From positions 1,440,001-1,504,000 of the forward strand of contig CAWFAK010000005.1 in the NCBI GenBank assembly GCA_963813715.1: a stretch of 64,000 nucleotides of DNA, given 5' to 3'. The DNA is from an uncultured Planctomycetaceae bacterium. Lineage in GTDB: Bacteria > Planctomycetota > Planctomycetia > Planctomycetales > Planctomycetaceae. The notes beneath the pieces are model-generated. The model was given only the letters and a program-made list of their open reading frames with translations. It did no database searches and was not told the origin of the DNA. Made by a program: the position numbers and the translations under genes. Positions 34,631-45,869 of the stretch are shown here, piece after piece. Position 1 is the first letter of the stretch. Every line of letters begins with the position of its first letter.

Positions 34631-37279
34631 TCAGAGACCGTCCCGCAAGGCGTGCAGCTTTTCGAGTGCGGCGAGCGGCGTCATTCGGTCGAGATCCAAG
34701 CCGCGGATCGCATCGAGCACGGGGTGCTGTTCCACCTGGAACAGCGTGAGCTGTTGGCGAGCGGACGGCCGCGTCGAACGCGCGGGAACTTTGGGGCGAC
34801 CCGCTTCGTCGACGTGATCGGCCTCGAGCGATTCCAGGATCACCGTCGCCCGCTCGACGACCTCCCGGGGAACGCCCGCCAGTCGAGCCACGTGAATGCC
34901 GTAACTTTTGTCGGCCGTCCCGGGCACGATCCGATGCAGGAAGATCACGTCGTCGGCATCCTCGCGGACGGCCACGTTCCAATTCGAAGCGGCTGAGAGC
35001 GTCTGCGTCAGTTCGGTCAGTTCATGGTAATGCGTGGCGAAGAGCGTGCGGCAGCCGACCACGTCGTGCAAATGTTCGGTGACCGCCCAGGCGAGCGAGA
35101 TGCCGTCGTAGGTGCTCGTGCCGCGGCCGATCTCGTCGAGGATCACCAGGCTGCGAACAGTCGCGGCGTTCAAGATGCGGGCCGTCTCCGCCATCTCCAC
35201 CATAAATGTGCTCTGCCCCTTGCCCAGCTCGTCGCTAGCGCCGACGCGGGCGAAAATCCGATCGGCGATGCCGATCCGCGCGCTCGCGCCGGCACGAATG
35301 ATCCCATCTGCGCGAGGAGGGCGATCAGTGCCGCCTGACGAATGTAGGTGCTTTTGCCCGCCATGTTCGGGCCGGTGATGATCTGCACCCGCCCGAGCGA
35401 GGCCGTGGCGGCGCCGTCCGCTTGCGGCGACTCGGCGGGAACGCCCAGCCGAATGTCGTTGGGGACGAACTCACCCGAAGGCTTCAGGCGGTCGAGCACG
35501 GGATGTCGCGCATCGCGGACGTCGAGGATCGGCTCCGCGCAGAGTTCTGGCCGACAATAGTTGTGCCGCACGGCGACGGTCGCCAAGGCCGCCAGCACGT
35601 CGATCTCGGCGAGAGCGGCCGCTGTGCCGGTCAGCCGTCGCGATTGGCCGGCCACCCGTTCGCGCAGGGCTGCGAACAGCTCCTGCTCGAGCGCGATGGC
35701 CTGCTCTTCGGCGCGGAGCACTTTCTCCTCGTGCTCCTTGAGCGGCGGCGTGATGTATCGTTCCTGGTTCTTGAGCGTCTGCTTCCGCATGTAGTCGGCG
35801 GGCACCTTGTTCGCCTGCGAGGCGGTCACCTCCAGGTAGTAGCCAAAGACGCGGTTGAAGCCGACCTTGAGATTGGCGATGCCCGTGCGGGTGATTTCCT
35901 CGGCCTGATAGCGGGCGATCCATTCCTTGCCGCCGCGCGCCAGCCCGCGCAGTTCGTCGAGCTGCGGGTGGTAGCCGGCGCGAAAGACGTTTCCCTCGGT
36001 CGTTCCTAGCGGCGGTTCGTCGGCCAGAGCCCGCTCGATCTCGGCCCGCACGTCTCCGCACAGATCGAGCTGCTCTTCCAGTTGCACGAGACGCGGCGAA
36101 CGACGGGCCGACAGACGGGCCTTGAGCTTGGGCAACAGCGAAAGCGTCCGGGCGAGGCAGGCCAGAGTCGCGCGGACCGGCCCGGCCCGTCGCCACGCGG
36201 GCCGTCAGCCGTTCGAGATCGTAGGCCCGCTCCAGCTCTTCGCGCAGATCGCGGGCGAGCACGACGTCCTGCGTCAGTTCTTCGACCGCATCCAACCGCT
36301 CGTTGATCGCCGCCAGGTCCGTGAGAGGATTGGCCAGCCGATCGGCCAGCACGCGGGCCCCCATCGGCGTGACGGTTTCATCGATCACCGACAGCAGGCT
36401 CCCCTCGCGAGCTCCTGTTCGCAGCGTTTCCGTCAGCTCCAGGCTGCGGCGCGTCGCTTCGTCGATCAACAAACTCGACCCGCGGCGATAGGGCTCCAAG
36501 CGGACGATGTGGCCCAGCGCACTCTTTTGCGTTTCCTGCACGTACTGCAAGAGCGCGCCCGCCGCCGTTACGCCCGGAGAGTTTTCATCCAGGTCGAAGC
36601 CGTCGAAGGTCGCCGTGCCGAAATGTGTGAGCAGCAAGCGTCGACAGTCGGCTCGCGCGAAACTCCAGGCGGGCCGGCTGCTGGTCAGCATGCCCTCCCG
36701 CTCGGCTAGTGCCGCAACAATCGCGGGCGGCAACGCTTGATCGGGCACCAGGCACTCGGCCGGCTCGATCCGCGCCAGTTCGTCGGCCAGGCTTTGCGGC
36801 TCGATCTGGGCGGCGACGAAGCGGCCTGTCGACAGCTCCAGCCACGCCAGGCCCAGCCCTTGCTTGTCGGGCCAGACGCTCGCCAGGAAGTTGCACTTCC
36901 GCGGATCGAGCAGCCCTTCGTCAACCAGCGTGCCGGGCGTGACGATTCGCGTCACTTCGCGGCGGACGAGCCCCTTGGCGAATTTGGGATCTTCCACCTG
37001 GTCACAGATGGCGACGCGGAGACCCGCCTCAATCAATTTCTGGAGATAGTTTTCCAGCGCGTGATACGGAAAGCCGGCCATCGGCACCGGGTTGGGCGAG
37101 CCCTTGTCGCGGCTGGTGAGCGTGAGACCGAGAACCTTGGCCGCCAGCTGTGCGTCCTCGAAAAACAGCTCGTAAAAGTCGCCCATGCGAAAGAGCAACA
37201 GCGAGCCCGGGTTCTGGCCTTTGACCTCCAGATACCGCTCCATCATGGGCGTCTGTTTTTTCAGCTCGTCGACCGACAC
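34631..37279 (-). CDS. mutS: DNA mismatch repair protein MutS, apparent frameshifts ~36150 and ~35285
   Basis: [53 protein letters not shown] across three frames. Confidence 0.95.
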
Positions 37280-37387
37280 GGGTGCGCCTCTTTAACTTGC
37301 GACAATCGGCGATCAGCTGCCCAGCCTTGCATGCGGAAGAGTAAGATGCAAGTGGAGCGTTTCGATGTTTGAGTGCGAGGCAGAGTC

Positions 37388-37735
37388 GTGAAAAAACCTT
37401 CCCGGTTGGAAGACCTCGACACTGAAGCGGGTCGCACCACCGATGAGTTGGTTCGACTCTTTGCGATCACAGTCATGGGCGTCGTGGGTGCTGTCGAAAG
37501 AGGTCTCTGGACCGCGGACGACGCGGTGCGCGAGTTCTTCAATGCGGAAAACTGTCTCTTCGTCGAGAATCGTCTCAACAGCAAAATCGCTTCGGAAATC
37601 ATGAAGCGCGGCGTGCAGTTGCCCGATCTGTTCGATGCGCTCGATCCCAATAGCGCTCGTTGTGAGTTCGAGCGAGAGCTCAAGAAGATCCGTGTGCTGA
37701 GCGAATGCCTGCTACCGTCCGGGCCCGTCGCCTGA
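37388..37735 (+). CDS. Hypothetical protein (DUF3969-like)
   Basis: Compact helical ORF between mutS and prs; the family resemblance is from memory only. Confidence 0.5.
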   Translation: MKKPSRLEDLDTEAGRTTDELVRLFAITVMGVVGAVERGLWTADDAVREFFNAENCLFVENRLNSKIASEIMKRGVQLPDLFDALDPNSARCEFERELKKIRVLSECLLPSGPVA

Positions 37736-37743
37736 AGCTGCCG

Positions 37744-38766
37744 TCAGTCCGGCAGCCGCGTGTCCGGGAACAGGTTGCTGACGCTCGTACGATCGTGGAT
37801 CGAGCGAATCGACTTGGCGAAGAGCGCGGCAACCGAAATCACCGAGACGTTGGGGGGCAGCGGATCCTGCACGTTCTCGATCGTGTCGGTGATGAACAGC
37901 TCCTTGATCGGGCTGGCCGCCAACCGCGCGGCGGCCCCCTTGGAGAGCACGCCGTGCGTCACCGCCGCGTAGACGTCGAGCGCTCCGCGGCGTTTGAGCA
38001 GCTCGGCCATGCTGATCAGCGAATTGCCGGTGATCGTGAAATCATCGACGATCAGAATGTTTTTCCCCTTCACTTCGCCGATGACTTCCAACACCTCGGC
38101 CCGCTCGGTGTGGTCGGCCCGGTGCTTGTTGCCGATGACGACCGGCACGCCCAACAGCTGGGCGTAAGCGGAGGCGTCTTTGGCAAAGCCCGTGTCCGGG
38201 CTGCAGACCACCAGGTCGGAGATTTTCATTGTGCGGATGTGGGCCGAGATCACGTGCCGCCCGTAGAGATGATCGACGGGAATCGCGAAGAATCCCTGAA
38301 TCTGCGGACTGTGCAGGTCCATCGTCAGCACGCGGTCGGCGCCGGCGGCTTCGATCGCGTCGGCGCAGACCCGGGCGCGAATCGACACCCGCGGCTCGTC
38401 CTTCTTGTCCCCCTTCGCATAACTGAAAAAGGGAATCACGGCCGTCACTTGCTGGGCACTCGCGCGTTTGAGTGCATCGATCCAGAACAACAGCTCCACG
38501 AAGTTGTCGTTGACCGGGTAATGCACCCCCTGAATGATGAACGTGTCCCGCCCCCGCACGTTCTCCTTGATCTGCACGAAGACATTGCCTTCGCTGAACA
38601 CGTGGGCCTTGCACGGGGAGAGCGGCACACCCAGTTCGTTGGCGATCGCCTGGGCCAGCAGCGGGTTGCCCGAGCCGGCCAGCACCGCCAGGTCGCCCTG
38701 CGGCGCCTGAAACACTTGCGGACGGGGACCGGGCGCTTGAATGGGAGAGTTCGAGACTCGGCTCAT
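37744..38766 (-). CDS. prs: Ribose-phosphate pyrophosphokinase
   Basis: [46 protein letters not shown]. Confidence 0.94.
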   Translation of the reverse strand: MSRVSNSPIQAPGPRPQVFQAPQGDLAVLAGSGNPLLAQAIANELGVPLSPCKAHVFSEGNVFVQIKENVRGRDTFIIQGVHYPVNDNFVELLFWIDALKRASAQQVTAVIPFFSYAKGDKKDEPRVSIRARVCADAIEAAGADRVLTMDLHSPQIQGFFAIPVDHLYGRHVISAHIRTMKISDLVVCSPDTGFAKDASAYAQLLGVPVVIGNKHRADHTERAEVLEVIGEVKGKNILIVDDFTITGNSLISMAELLKRRGALDVYAAVTHGVLSKGAAARLAASPIKELFITDTIENVQDPLPPNVSVISVAALFAKSIRSIHDRTSVSNLFPDTRLPD

Positions 38767-39079
38767 AAGGCGGGAAGCCTGGGAGAATCGCCCGGGAGAG
38801 GCAGAATTCGCTGCAAAGTGCATCATAGCGGCGTGGGCAGAGCGACGCAAAAGTGTGTACGCGGACAGCCCTTGCGCCACGTCCCGACTGTCACTGTCCC
38901 GACCGTCAAAGTTGACGCCGGCCGGGAACAGCCGCTATAGCAGCGTTGGAACCGGGCGTCGGCCGAACCGCGGAGTCGTTGGCGTGTCTCGATGCTGCTG
39001 CGTCTTCGAGAGACGCCGCGCTGGACGCGAATCAGCCGACGTGCGGGACGGAAACCGGAACGAGCGAGGATTGCCGACA

Positions 39080-40164
39080 ATGACCAAGCGTATCGTCAAT
39101 TTTTCCGCCGGGCCGGCCGCGCTGCCCGTGCCCGTGCTCGAGGAGGCCCGCGACGCCCTGTTGTCGCTGGGCAACACGGGGATCGGCATTCTGGAGCATT
39201 CGCATCGCGGCAAGGCCTTCCTGGCCGTCTACCACGAAACGGTCGCCCTGTTCCGCGAGGTCGGCGGCATTCCCGACGATTACGAAGTGCTGTTTCTCCA
39301 AGGCGGCGCGTCGACCCAGTTCTTCATGGTCCCGATGAATTTCCTCTCGCGCGAAGCAGACGGCCGACTACCTGGTGACCGGCGCCTGGTCGGAAAAGGC
39401 AGTGGCGGAGGCGGGCCGGTTCGGCAAGGCGCACGTCGCCTGCTCCAGCAAAGATCGCAACTACTGCTACATCCCCAATACGTGTCAGTATTCGCCCAGC
39501 CCGGCCTACGTCCACTTCACGTCGAACAACACGATCTTCGGCACCGAGTTCGCGCACGAGCCCTCGATCCCCGCCGGCAGCCTGCTCTTTTGCGACGCCA
39601 GCAGCGACATCTTCTCCCGGCCGATCGACGTCAAGCGCTACGCGCTGATCTATGCGGGCGCCCAAAAGAACCTGGGGCCCTCCGGAGTAACGCTCGTGAT
39701 CCTGCGAAAGGATCTGATCGAGCGGGCGCCCGAGGACCTGCCGACGATGCTGCAGTACCGCACGCACGCCGACAACGAATCGATGTACAACACGTGCCCC
39801 ACGTTCGGCATCTACGTGATGGGGCTGGTGGTGAAGTGGATCAAGAATCAGGGAGGGCTCAAATCGCTCGAGGCGCACAACCGCGCCAAGGCGGACAAGC
39901 TGTACGCGACCCTCGACGCCAGTCGCATCTTCAAAGCGACGGCCGACCGCGACAGCCGCTCGCTGATGAACGTGACCTTTGTCGGCGTCGAGCGAGGAGC
40001 TCAACAACCAGTTTCTCAAGTTCGCCGAAGCGCAGGGGCTCGACGGATTGAAGGGGCACCGCAGCGTGGGCGGAATGCGGGCCAGCTTGTACAACGCCTT
40101 CCCTCCCGAGGGAGTGGACGCTCTGGTTGACGCAATCAAACGCTTCGAGGCGCAACACGCATGA
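39080..40164 (+). CDS. serC: Phosphoserine aminotransferase, apparent frameshifts ~39355 and ~39985
   Basis: [57 protein letters not shown]. Confidence 0.95.
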
Positions 40165-40989
40165 GCGGCGGCCGTCCCCCCGCGGCCGATTCCCCGGGCG
40201 GCCCCGGCGAGCCGGGTGGCAAAGCAGGCGGGGGCGCGGGCGGGGACGACCCGTCGCATGCCGACATCGGCATCGTCTGTGCGCTGCCGATCGAAATGGC
40301 GACCTTTCTCGCCCGCTGCGAACGCGTGCGGAAGTACGTCGGCTCGAACTTCGTATTCCGCGGCGGGATCTATGACGGCATTCGCATCGTCGTCGTCGAG
40401 AGTGGAACGGGACAGGCGCGGGCCCGCCGCGCGACTCACGCGCTGTTGGACGCCCATTCGCCGCGCTGGGTTCTCTGCTGCGGCTTCGCCGGTGCCCTGG
40501 TCCCCAACATTCGCATCGGCGACGTCGTGGTGGCCGACTCGATCGTCGACGGCCAGGGCCAAATCCTGATGATCGACGTCGGCTTTCCCGCCGATGCGAA
40601 GCAAGGCATTCACAGCGGACGACTGCTCACGCACGACACGATCGTGCGGCTGGTGACGGAGAAACAACAACTGGCGGCGCGGCACTCCGTAATCGCCGTC
40701 GACATGGAAAGCCTGGCCGTGGCGCAGGTCTGCCGCGAGCGGGGAAAGCGTTTCCTGGCGATCCGCGTGATCAGCGACGACTTGTCGAGCGATCTGCCGG
40801 TCGAGGTGCTCTCGCTGATGGGGCCGACGGGGACCACGCCGCTTCGGCGCGGCGATGGCGGCCGTCCTCTCGCGTCCCTCGAGCGTCAGTGATATGTGGA
40901 GGCTTCGCAACTCGGCCAAGCTCGCCGCACGACGCCTGGCGACGTTTCTCGACGGTGTGGTGGTCCAGCTTTACAATGCGGGGCATTGA
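40161..40989 (+). CDS. Nucleoside phosphorylase family protein (MTA/SAH nucleosidase, HpnG-like), frameshift ~40840
   Basis: [34 protein letters not shown]; the C-terminal helix continues in another frame to a stop at 40989. Confidence 0.82.
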
Positions 40990-41010
40990 GGCTTGGACGG
41001 CTTTTGGAAT

Positions 41011-41044
41011 TGGGTGGCACTGGCGGCTCGTCCGCCAGTGTCTT
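41011..41044. repeat. Palindromic REP-like repeat GGGTGGCACTGGCGG(C/T)...CCGCCAGTG
   Basis: The same element recurs as an inverted pair at 45444-45536. Confidence 0.8.
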
Positions 41045-41084
41045 GAATTTGCATCCCAGCATCTGAATCTGCATCGAGGTTAGC

Positions 41085-41866
41085 GTGCGTCCCTGGGTGC
41101 TCGCGGAACTGAATTACGGATACCTGCGCGAGCATCCGGTGCAAGTCGCCGTGTTGCCGCTGGGCGCCACCGAACCGCACAATCTGCATCTCCCCTACGG
41201 CACCGACATCTTCGAAGCCGAGGTGATCGGCAGCCACGCGTGCGAGGCGGCCTTCCAGCGCGGGGCGGCCGTCACGCTCTTGCCGGCCATTCCCTACGGG
41301 ACCGACACGAATCAGCTCGGCTTCCCGCTGGCCATCAACCTCAATCCGTCGACGCTCTTGACGGTCATCCGCGACATCGTCGATTCGCTCGCCGTCCACG
41401 GCGTTCACAAGCTGGTGCTGTTGAACAGTCACGGCGGCAACGACTTCAAGCCCGTGCTCCGCGAGCTTTACGGCCAAACGCCGGTCAGGCTGTTCCTCTG
41501 CGAGTGGTACCGCATGGCGGCGGACGCCCAGAAGCAGATCTTCAGCGCATCGACGATCACGCCGGAGAAGTGGAAACGTCGCTCGCACTGGCCTATTTTC
41601 CCGAGCTCGTCGCCCGCGATCCCAAAACGGGAACGCTGGCGGCCGACGACGGCGACGTCCGGCCGACGCGGTTCGAAGCCGTCAATCGCGGCTGGGTCTC
41701 GATCACGCGGCCCTGGCACCTGTTGACGACGAACTCGGGTGCGGGCAACCCGCACGCGGCCACGGCGGAGAAGGGACGGGCCCTGATGGACGTGCTGGTC
41801 GAACGCATCTCGGGCTTCCTCGTCGAGCTGGCGGCAGCCGAGATCGATGAACAATTTCCGTTTTGA
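41085..41866 (+). CDS. Creatininase family protein, frameshift ~41545
   Basis: LPLGATEPHNLHLPYGTD, LNSHGGN, DHAGEVETS, GNPHAATAEKG. Confidence 0.88.
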
Positions 41867-41889
41867 TTTCACTCAGTTGGGACTCTGAC

Positions 41890-42622
41890 ATGTCTCTCGC
41901 GAATAAGACGGCACTCATCACCGGCGGCGGCACGGGAATCGGAGCGGGCTGCGCTTGGGGCTGGCCCGCGCGGGCTGCGCGGTGGCGATTGCCGGGCGAC
42001 GCAGCGATAAACTCGCCGAAGCGGCCCGACTCTTCGACGGCAAGCCGGCGATCAAAACTGCACGAGGTGGACGTCGCCGATCGTAAAAGCGTCGCCAAGC
42101 TGTTCGAGTGGGCCAATCGCGAGTTGGGCCGCATCGATATTCTGGTCAACTGCGCGGGGACCAACGTGCAGAAACGGTCGATCCACGATCTGGATCCCGA
42201 GGATTGGGATCGGCTTGATGGCGATCAATGCCACAGGTGCTTACAACTGCATCCGCGAGGTCCTGCCGCAGATGAAGGAACGCCGCGACGGGCTCATCGT
42301 GAATATCAATTCGACCGCCGGCGTGCGGGCCGGGCTGATCGGCGGCGTCGCCTACAACGCGTCCAAGTTTGCGATGAAGGCCCTCGGCATCACGGTCGCC
42401 CAGGAAGTCCGCGAACTGGGCATCCGCGTCACGAACATCTACCCGGGCGAGGTCGACACGCCGATCCTCGAAAATCGGCCCGTCCCGGTGACGGCCGAGC
42501 ATCGGGCCCGCATCCTCAAGCCCGAGGACGTGGCCGCCGTCCTGGTGACGATTGCCGCCCTGCCCCCCCGAGCCAACGTCTCGGAAGTGGTCATCAAGCC
42601 GACGATTCAACAGTTTGCCTGA
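41890..42622 (+). CDS. SDR family oxidoreductase, several apparent frameshifts
   Basis: TGGGTGIG, IDILVNCAG, YNASK, IYPGEVDT. Confidence 0.88.
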
Positions 42623-42999
42623 CAGGGGCAGTGCCCCTGTACCCGGTGCGGTTCGTGCGTTTTGAGGAATCGGCTGTTCGCCGCGGGTTATCGGAGGGAG
42701 AAGGGCTCGCGCAGGGCGTTGTCGCGAAGCGACCTGCCCCCAGAGCCCGGCGATCGGTGGCCGGGGCGTCCGCTTGCGGAAGCCCCGGATTTTCGTAGGG
42801 CAGGCTGTGTGTATAGACACTGTGCCTGCCGTCGGCTCTCGTGCGTGACGCGGGTCTCGCACGCTGACGGCGCTTCGTGGTTGTGTCAGAGCGCTTCGTC
42901 GCGTTAGACCGTGAGTTCGAAACCGACACAATTACGCTCGTCTGTCGGCCGCGATTTCATTGGCTCAGCGTGGCGGGCGGCAGGCAGAGCCTGCCCTAC
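42621..42999. repeat. Cluster of intergenic repeats
   Basis: 42623-42705 is an inverted homolog of 45270-45355; 42751-42794 is an inverted homolog of 45557-45594; GTAGGGCAGGCT (42795-42806) and AGCCTGCCCTAC (42988-42999) form an inverted pair. Confidence 0.75.
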
Positions 43000-43030
43000 A
43001 AGACTCGGTTACGGCGGATGGCGCGGGAGT

Positions 43031-43426
43031 TCAGCGGAGGAGATGGCGGTAGACGATCGGCGCGATCAGCACGCAGAGCGGCAACAGTCCGACGACCACA
43101 ACCAGCAGGTAATCGCGTCTCGTCCTCGTGCGTCCGCGGGGGACGAAAGCCGTCAGCAACCAGCCGAACGACCAGCCGAAGCAACCGCCAAAAAGCCTCC
43201 CAACGAGGACGAACGGCCGCGGCAGGTCGCGGTCGTCAACTGTCCGCCCTTTTGCCCGCAGGATGTCGGCTGCCTGCGCCTGTACTTGCACCTGTTGCCG
43301 GAGGTGAAAGTGGGCTCCCCAATACTCGCCGAGCACGGTGCCCACGACTCCGCACGAAAAGCCCAACAGGCAGCCTAACGCCCATAACGCCGGCTTTCTC
43401 GGCTTGTCGGTCTTCGCGTCGCTCAT
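43031..43426 (-). CDS. Small membrane protein (MSDAKT...), solo cassette-like gene
   Basis: Three hydrophobic segments; preceded by GCCGCTAGAATGACGGA-ATG and followed by TGA-ACTCCCGCGCCAT, the boundary motifs of the 59-64 kb array. Confidence 0.72.
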   Translation of the reverse strand: MSDAKTDKPRKPALWALGCLLGFSCGVVGTVLGEYWGAHFHLRQQVQVQAQAADILRAKGRTVDDRDLPRPFVLVGRLFGGCFGWSFGWLLTAFVPRGRTRTRRDYLLVVVVGLLPLCVLIAPIVYRHLLR

Positions 43427-43708
43427 TCCGTCATTCTAGCGGCCTTGCGCCCTCCCCCGGTCGCGCGAATCTTCGGCTTGGGATTTTGCTTGCCTTCCCC
43501 AACCGACAAGTCGCCGGGTGTTCGCAGATCGGGCCGCGGGCTCCCTAGGGCCGGCCCATCGACTGCGGCTCCAACATATCCCCACCGCCCCACAATCTCC
43601 CAACTTGTTTACACGCTCATAGAAACACGACCTTGTTCCATTTCCAGAATCCGCAAAATGGAGATAGGAGTCTTTTTTTCCGTGCAGTTCACAAGTTGAG
43701 AGTGTTGT

Positions 43709-45412
43709 ATGTCCGAGCGAAATGGGAATGGGCACATGCCCGAAAGTGGGGCGGCGGTTGGGGATCGGGTTAATGGCGAGACGCCGGCGGTCAGGCCCGA
43801 TTTGACCGATGCCCAGCGGGCGGAAGCTGTTCTGGAATGGGATCGCCGCTTCGAGGAGGCGCTGGTCGAGGTGCGGGCCAATTACGATCCGCAGGCTGAG
43901 GCAGCCAAGCTGGAGGGCCAGCCGGAGCCTGTGCGCGCCGGCCTCAATCGGCTGCGGGAGCTGGTCGTGCCGCCGAAGAAAGAGTTTCGGCTCTTTTCGG
44001 CCGCCCAGCTCAACTCGGGGCAGTACGAAACTCGCTATCTGGTCCGCGGCATTCTGGCGGCCGGGCAACCGGGAGGCATTTTCGGCGCCTTTAAGACGCT
44101 CAAAACGTCGCTGGCCGCCGACTTATTGATCTCGATCGCCAGCGGCACTCCCTTCCTCGGCCGCTTTCCCGTGCCGCAGCCGGGCCGCGTCCTCTTTCTC
44201 TCCGGCGAATCGGGGTTGCCCGCGCTGCAGTCGATCGCCCGGCGGATCTGTGCCGAGCGCGGCCTGTCGCTGGAAAAACTCGACAATTTTGTCCTTTCGC
44301 CGGACTTGCCGCGGCTGGACCTGAGGTCCGACGTCGCGGCGCTCAAAAAACTCATCGAAGCCGAGCGGCCCGTCTGCGTGGTCATCGATCCGGCTTATCT
44401 CACGCTCGGCGGTGACAACGGCCGCAACCTGTTCGCGATGGGCTCGCTGTTGCGGCCGCTGGCCGAACTCTGCGAATCGACGGGCTGCACCGTGCTCGTC
44501 GTGCATCACTGCAAACGCTCGCAAAAAGCGGGCGACCCGGCCACGCTCGACGACATCGCCTGGAGCGGCTTCGCCGAGTTCTCGGCCCAGTGGCTCCTGG
44601 TGTCCCGTCGCCGCCCCTTCGATCCGGCCACCGGGCACCACGAGCTGTGGCTGGGCGCGGGCAGCCGCGTCGGCAACCACGGCCTGTGGGAACTCGACGT
44701 CGACGAAGGCCGGCCGCACGAATTCTCGCTCGACGTTCGGCCCCACGGCCCGGTCGATGGTCCGCTCGACGATTCTCTTGCGGGCGAACACCGCGTCTGG
44801 AAAACGACCCTTCGCCCGGTGGCCGCGCTGCAACGGCAACTCGACGCGCAGTTCGTCGCGGCCAGCGAAGACCGCCGCCTCCGCCGCCGGGCGGCCACGT
44901 TCGACCGCCAAAAGCAACGCGTGCTCGAATTCCTCTCCGCCCACCCCAACGGCTGCAACGCCACCCAAATCCGCGAAGTGCTCGGCTTCAACGGCAACCG
45001 AATGAAACGGCTCCTGGACATGCTCTGCGACGACCGGCTCGCGCGGACCGAGGAAATCTACCACGACCGGCGGAAGGAAATTCTGTACCACCGCGTGCAG
45101 GTCATGGATCTATCCGCCACCGCCATCCAATCCAACCGCGTCAGCCCAGTCGATGAAATGAAGTACGAGGTCCGGTCCGGACACTTTGTCGATCGACCGG
45201 CAGCGGGACCGGACGACCGACGCCCACCCACGCCGCTGAACGCCGTCTCGCCGGTCAACGCGAGTTCCCCCCTTCGCCCACCGATTACCCGCGGCGAACA
45301 GCAACCGGTTCCCCAAAACGCCCTAACCGCACCGGGTGCAGGGGCGTTGCCCCTGCCCCTGCCGGGTCCGGACACTTTTGTGGGAATGGGGACCGACGCG
45401 GACCGGACGTAG
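43709..45412 (+). CDS. RecA-fold AAA_25 / RepA-like ATPase (helicase) with putative C-terminal wHTH
   Basis: YLVRGIL..GQPGGIFGAFKTLKT (Walker A variant), FLSGES, VVIDPAY (Walker B), LVVHHCKR; HTH-like VLEFLSAHPNGCNATQIREVLG. Confidence 0.82.
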   Translation: MSERNGNGHMPESGAAVGDRVNGETPAVRPDLTDAQRAEAVLEWDRRFEEALVEVRANYDPQAEAAKLEGQPEPVRAGLNRLRELVVPPKKEFRLFSAAQLNSGQYETRYLVRGILAAGQPGGIFGAFKTLKTSLAADLLISIASGTPFLGRFPVPQPGRVLFLSGESGLPALQSIARRICAERGLSLEKLDNFVLSPDLPRLDLRSDVAALKKLIEAERPVCVVIDPAYLTLGGDNGRNLFAMGSLLRPLAELCESTGCTVLVVHHCKRSQKAGDPATLDDIAWSGFAEFSAQWLLVSRRRPFDPATGHHELWLGAGSRVGNHGLWELDVDEGRPHEFSLDVRPHGPVDGPLDDSLAGEHRVWKTTLRPVAALQRQLDAQFVAASEDRRLRRRAATFDRQKQRVLEFLSAHPNGCNATQIREVLGFNGNRMKRLLDMLCDDRLARTEEIYHDRRKEILYHRVQVMDLSATAIQSNRVSPVDEMKYEVRSGHFVDRPAAGPDDRRPPTPLNAVSPVNASSPLRPPITRGEQQPVPQNALTAPGAGALPLPLPGPDTFVGMGTDADRT

Positions 45413-45443
45413 GTTTGCGGATCCGGAATCGTTGATGTCAGGC

Positions 45444-45536
45444 ATTGGGTGGCACTGGCGGCTTGTCCGCCAGTGTCTTCTGATGGGCAGCGCGACGGAC
45501 CCAAGACACTGGCGGACAAGCCGCCAGTGCCACCCA
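45444..45536. repeat. Inverted pair of palindromic REP-like repeats
   Basis: TGGGTGGCACTGGCGGCTTGTCCGCCAGTGTCTT and its exact reverse complement at 45503-45536. Confidence 0.88.
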
Positions 45537-45605
45537 CGACCACGTCTTGGCCAAAAGAAAATCCGGGGCTTCCGCAAAGCAGAGCGCCCGGCCATCTATG
45601 AGAAG

Positions 45606-45869
45606 GGTAGCGTCAAGGGTTGGTTTTTGCGTTTGAAGTGGTGATCTGGGCGATGCGGTACGCTCAACCATCTATTCGGGATCACCAACGGTCTGGAACA
45701 GGTCCGTCGATGTCGCCAGGAAGCCGACTTTCGAGAGACGCCCCATTCACCCTTCGAAGGTCGCTCTTGTCATGGAACGCCTTCATGGCCGGGGGCGGGG
45801 TCGTCTGTGGGTCGTCGCAGCGCTTTGGATCGATTCTTTGGTGGGTGCTCTCCTGCCCAAGCTCGGGAT
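45606..45869 (-). ncRNA. Candidate bridge/seekRNA of the IS110-family element
   Basis: 3' non-coding region with stems flanking short segments that match the reconstructed target and donor junctions (see findings); RNA ends unknown. Confidence 0.6.

Noticed and set aside
34631..40164. mutS and serC as true pseudogenes or programmed frameshifts
   Set aside because: All motifs are intact and similar indels occur throughout the window; assembly error is more parsimonious.
42905..42930. GAGTTCGAAACC as a tRNA T-loop or integration-site remnant
   Set aside because: No T-stem, acceptor stem or cloverleaf can be formed around it.
45606..45869. IS110 RNA as the agent that builds the cassette array
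   Set aside because: Its candidate guides match the element's own flanks and ends, not GAATGACGGCATG or the hairpin module.
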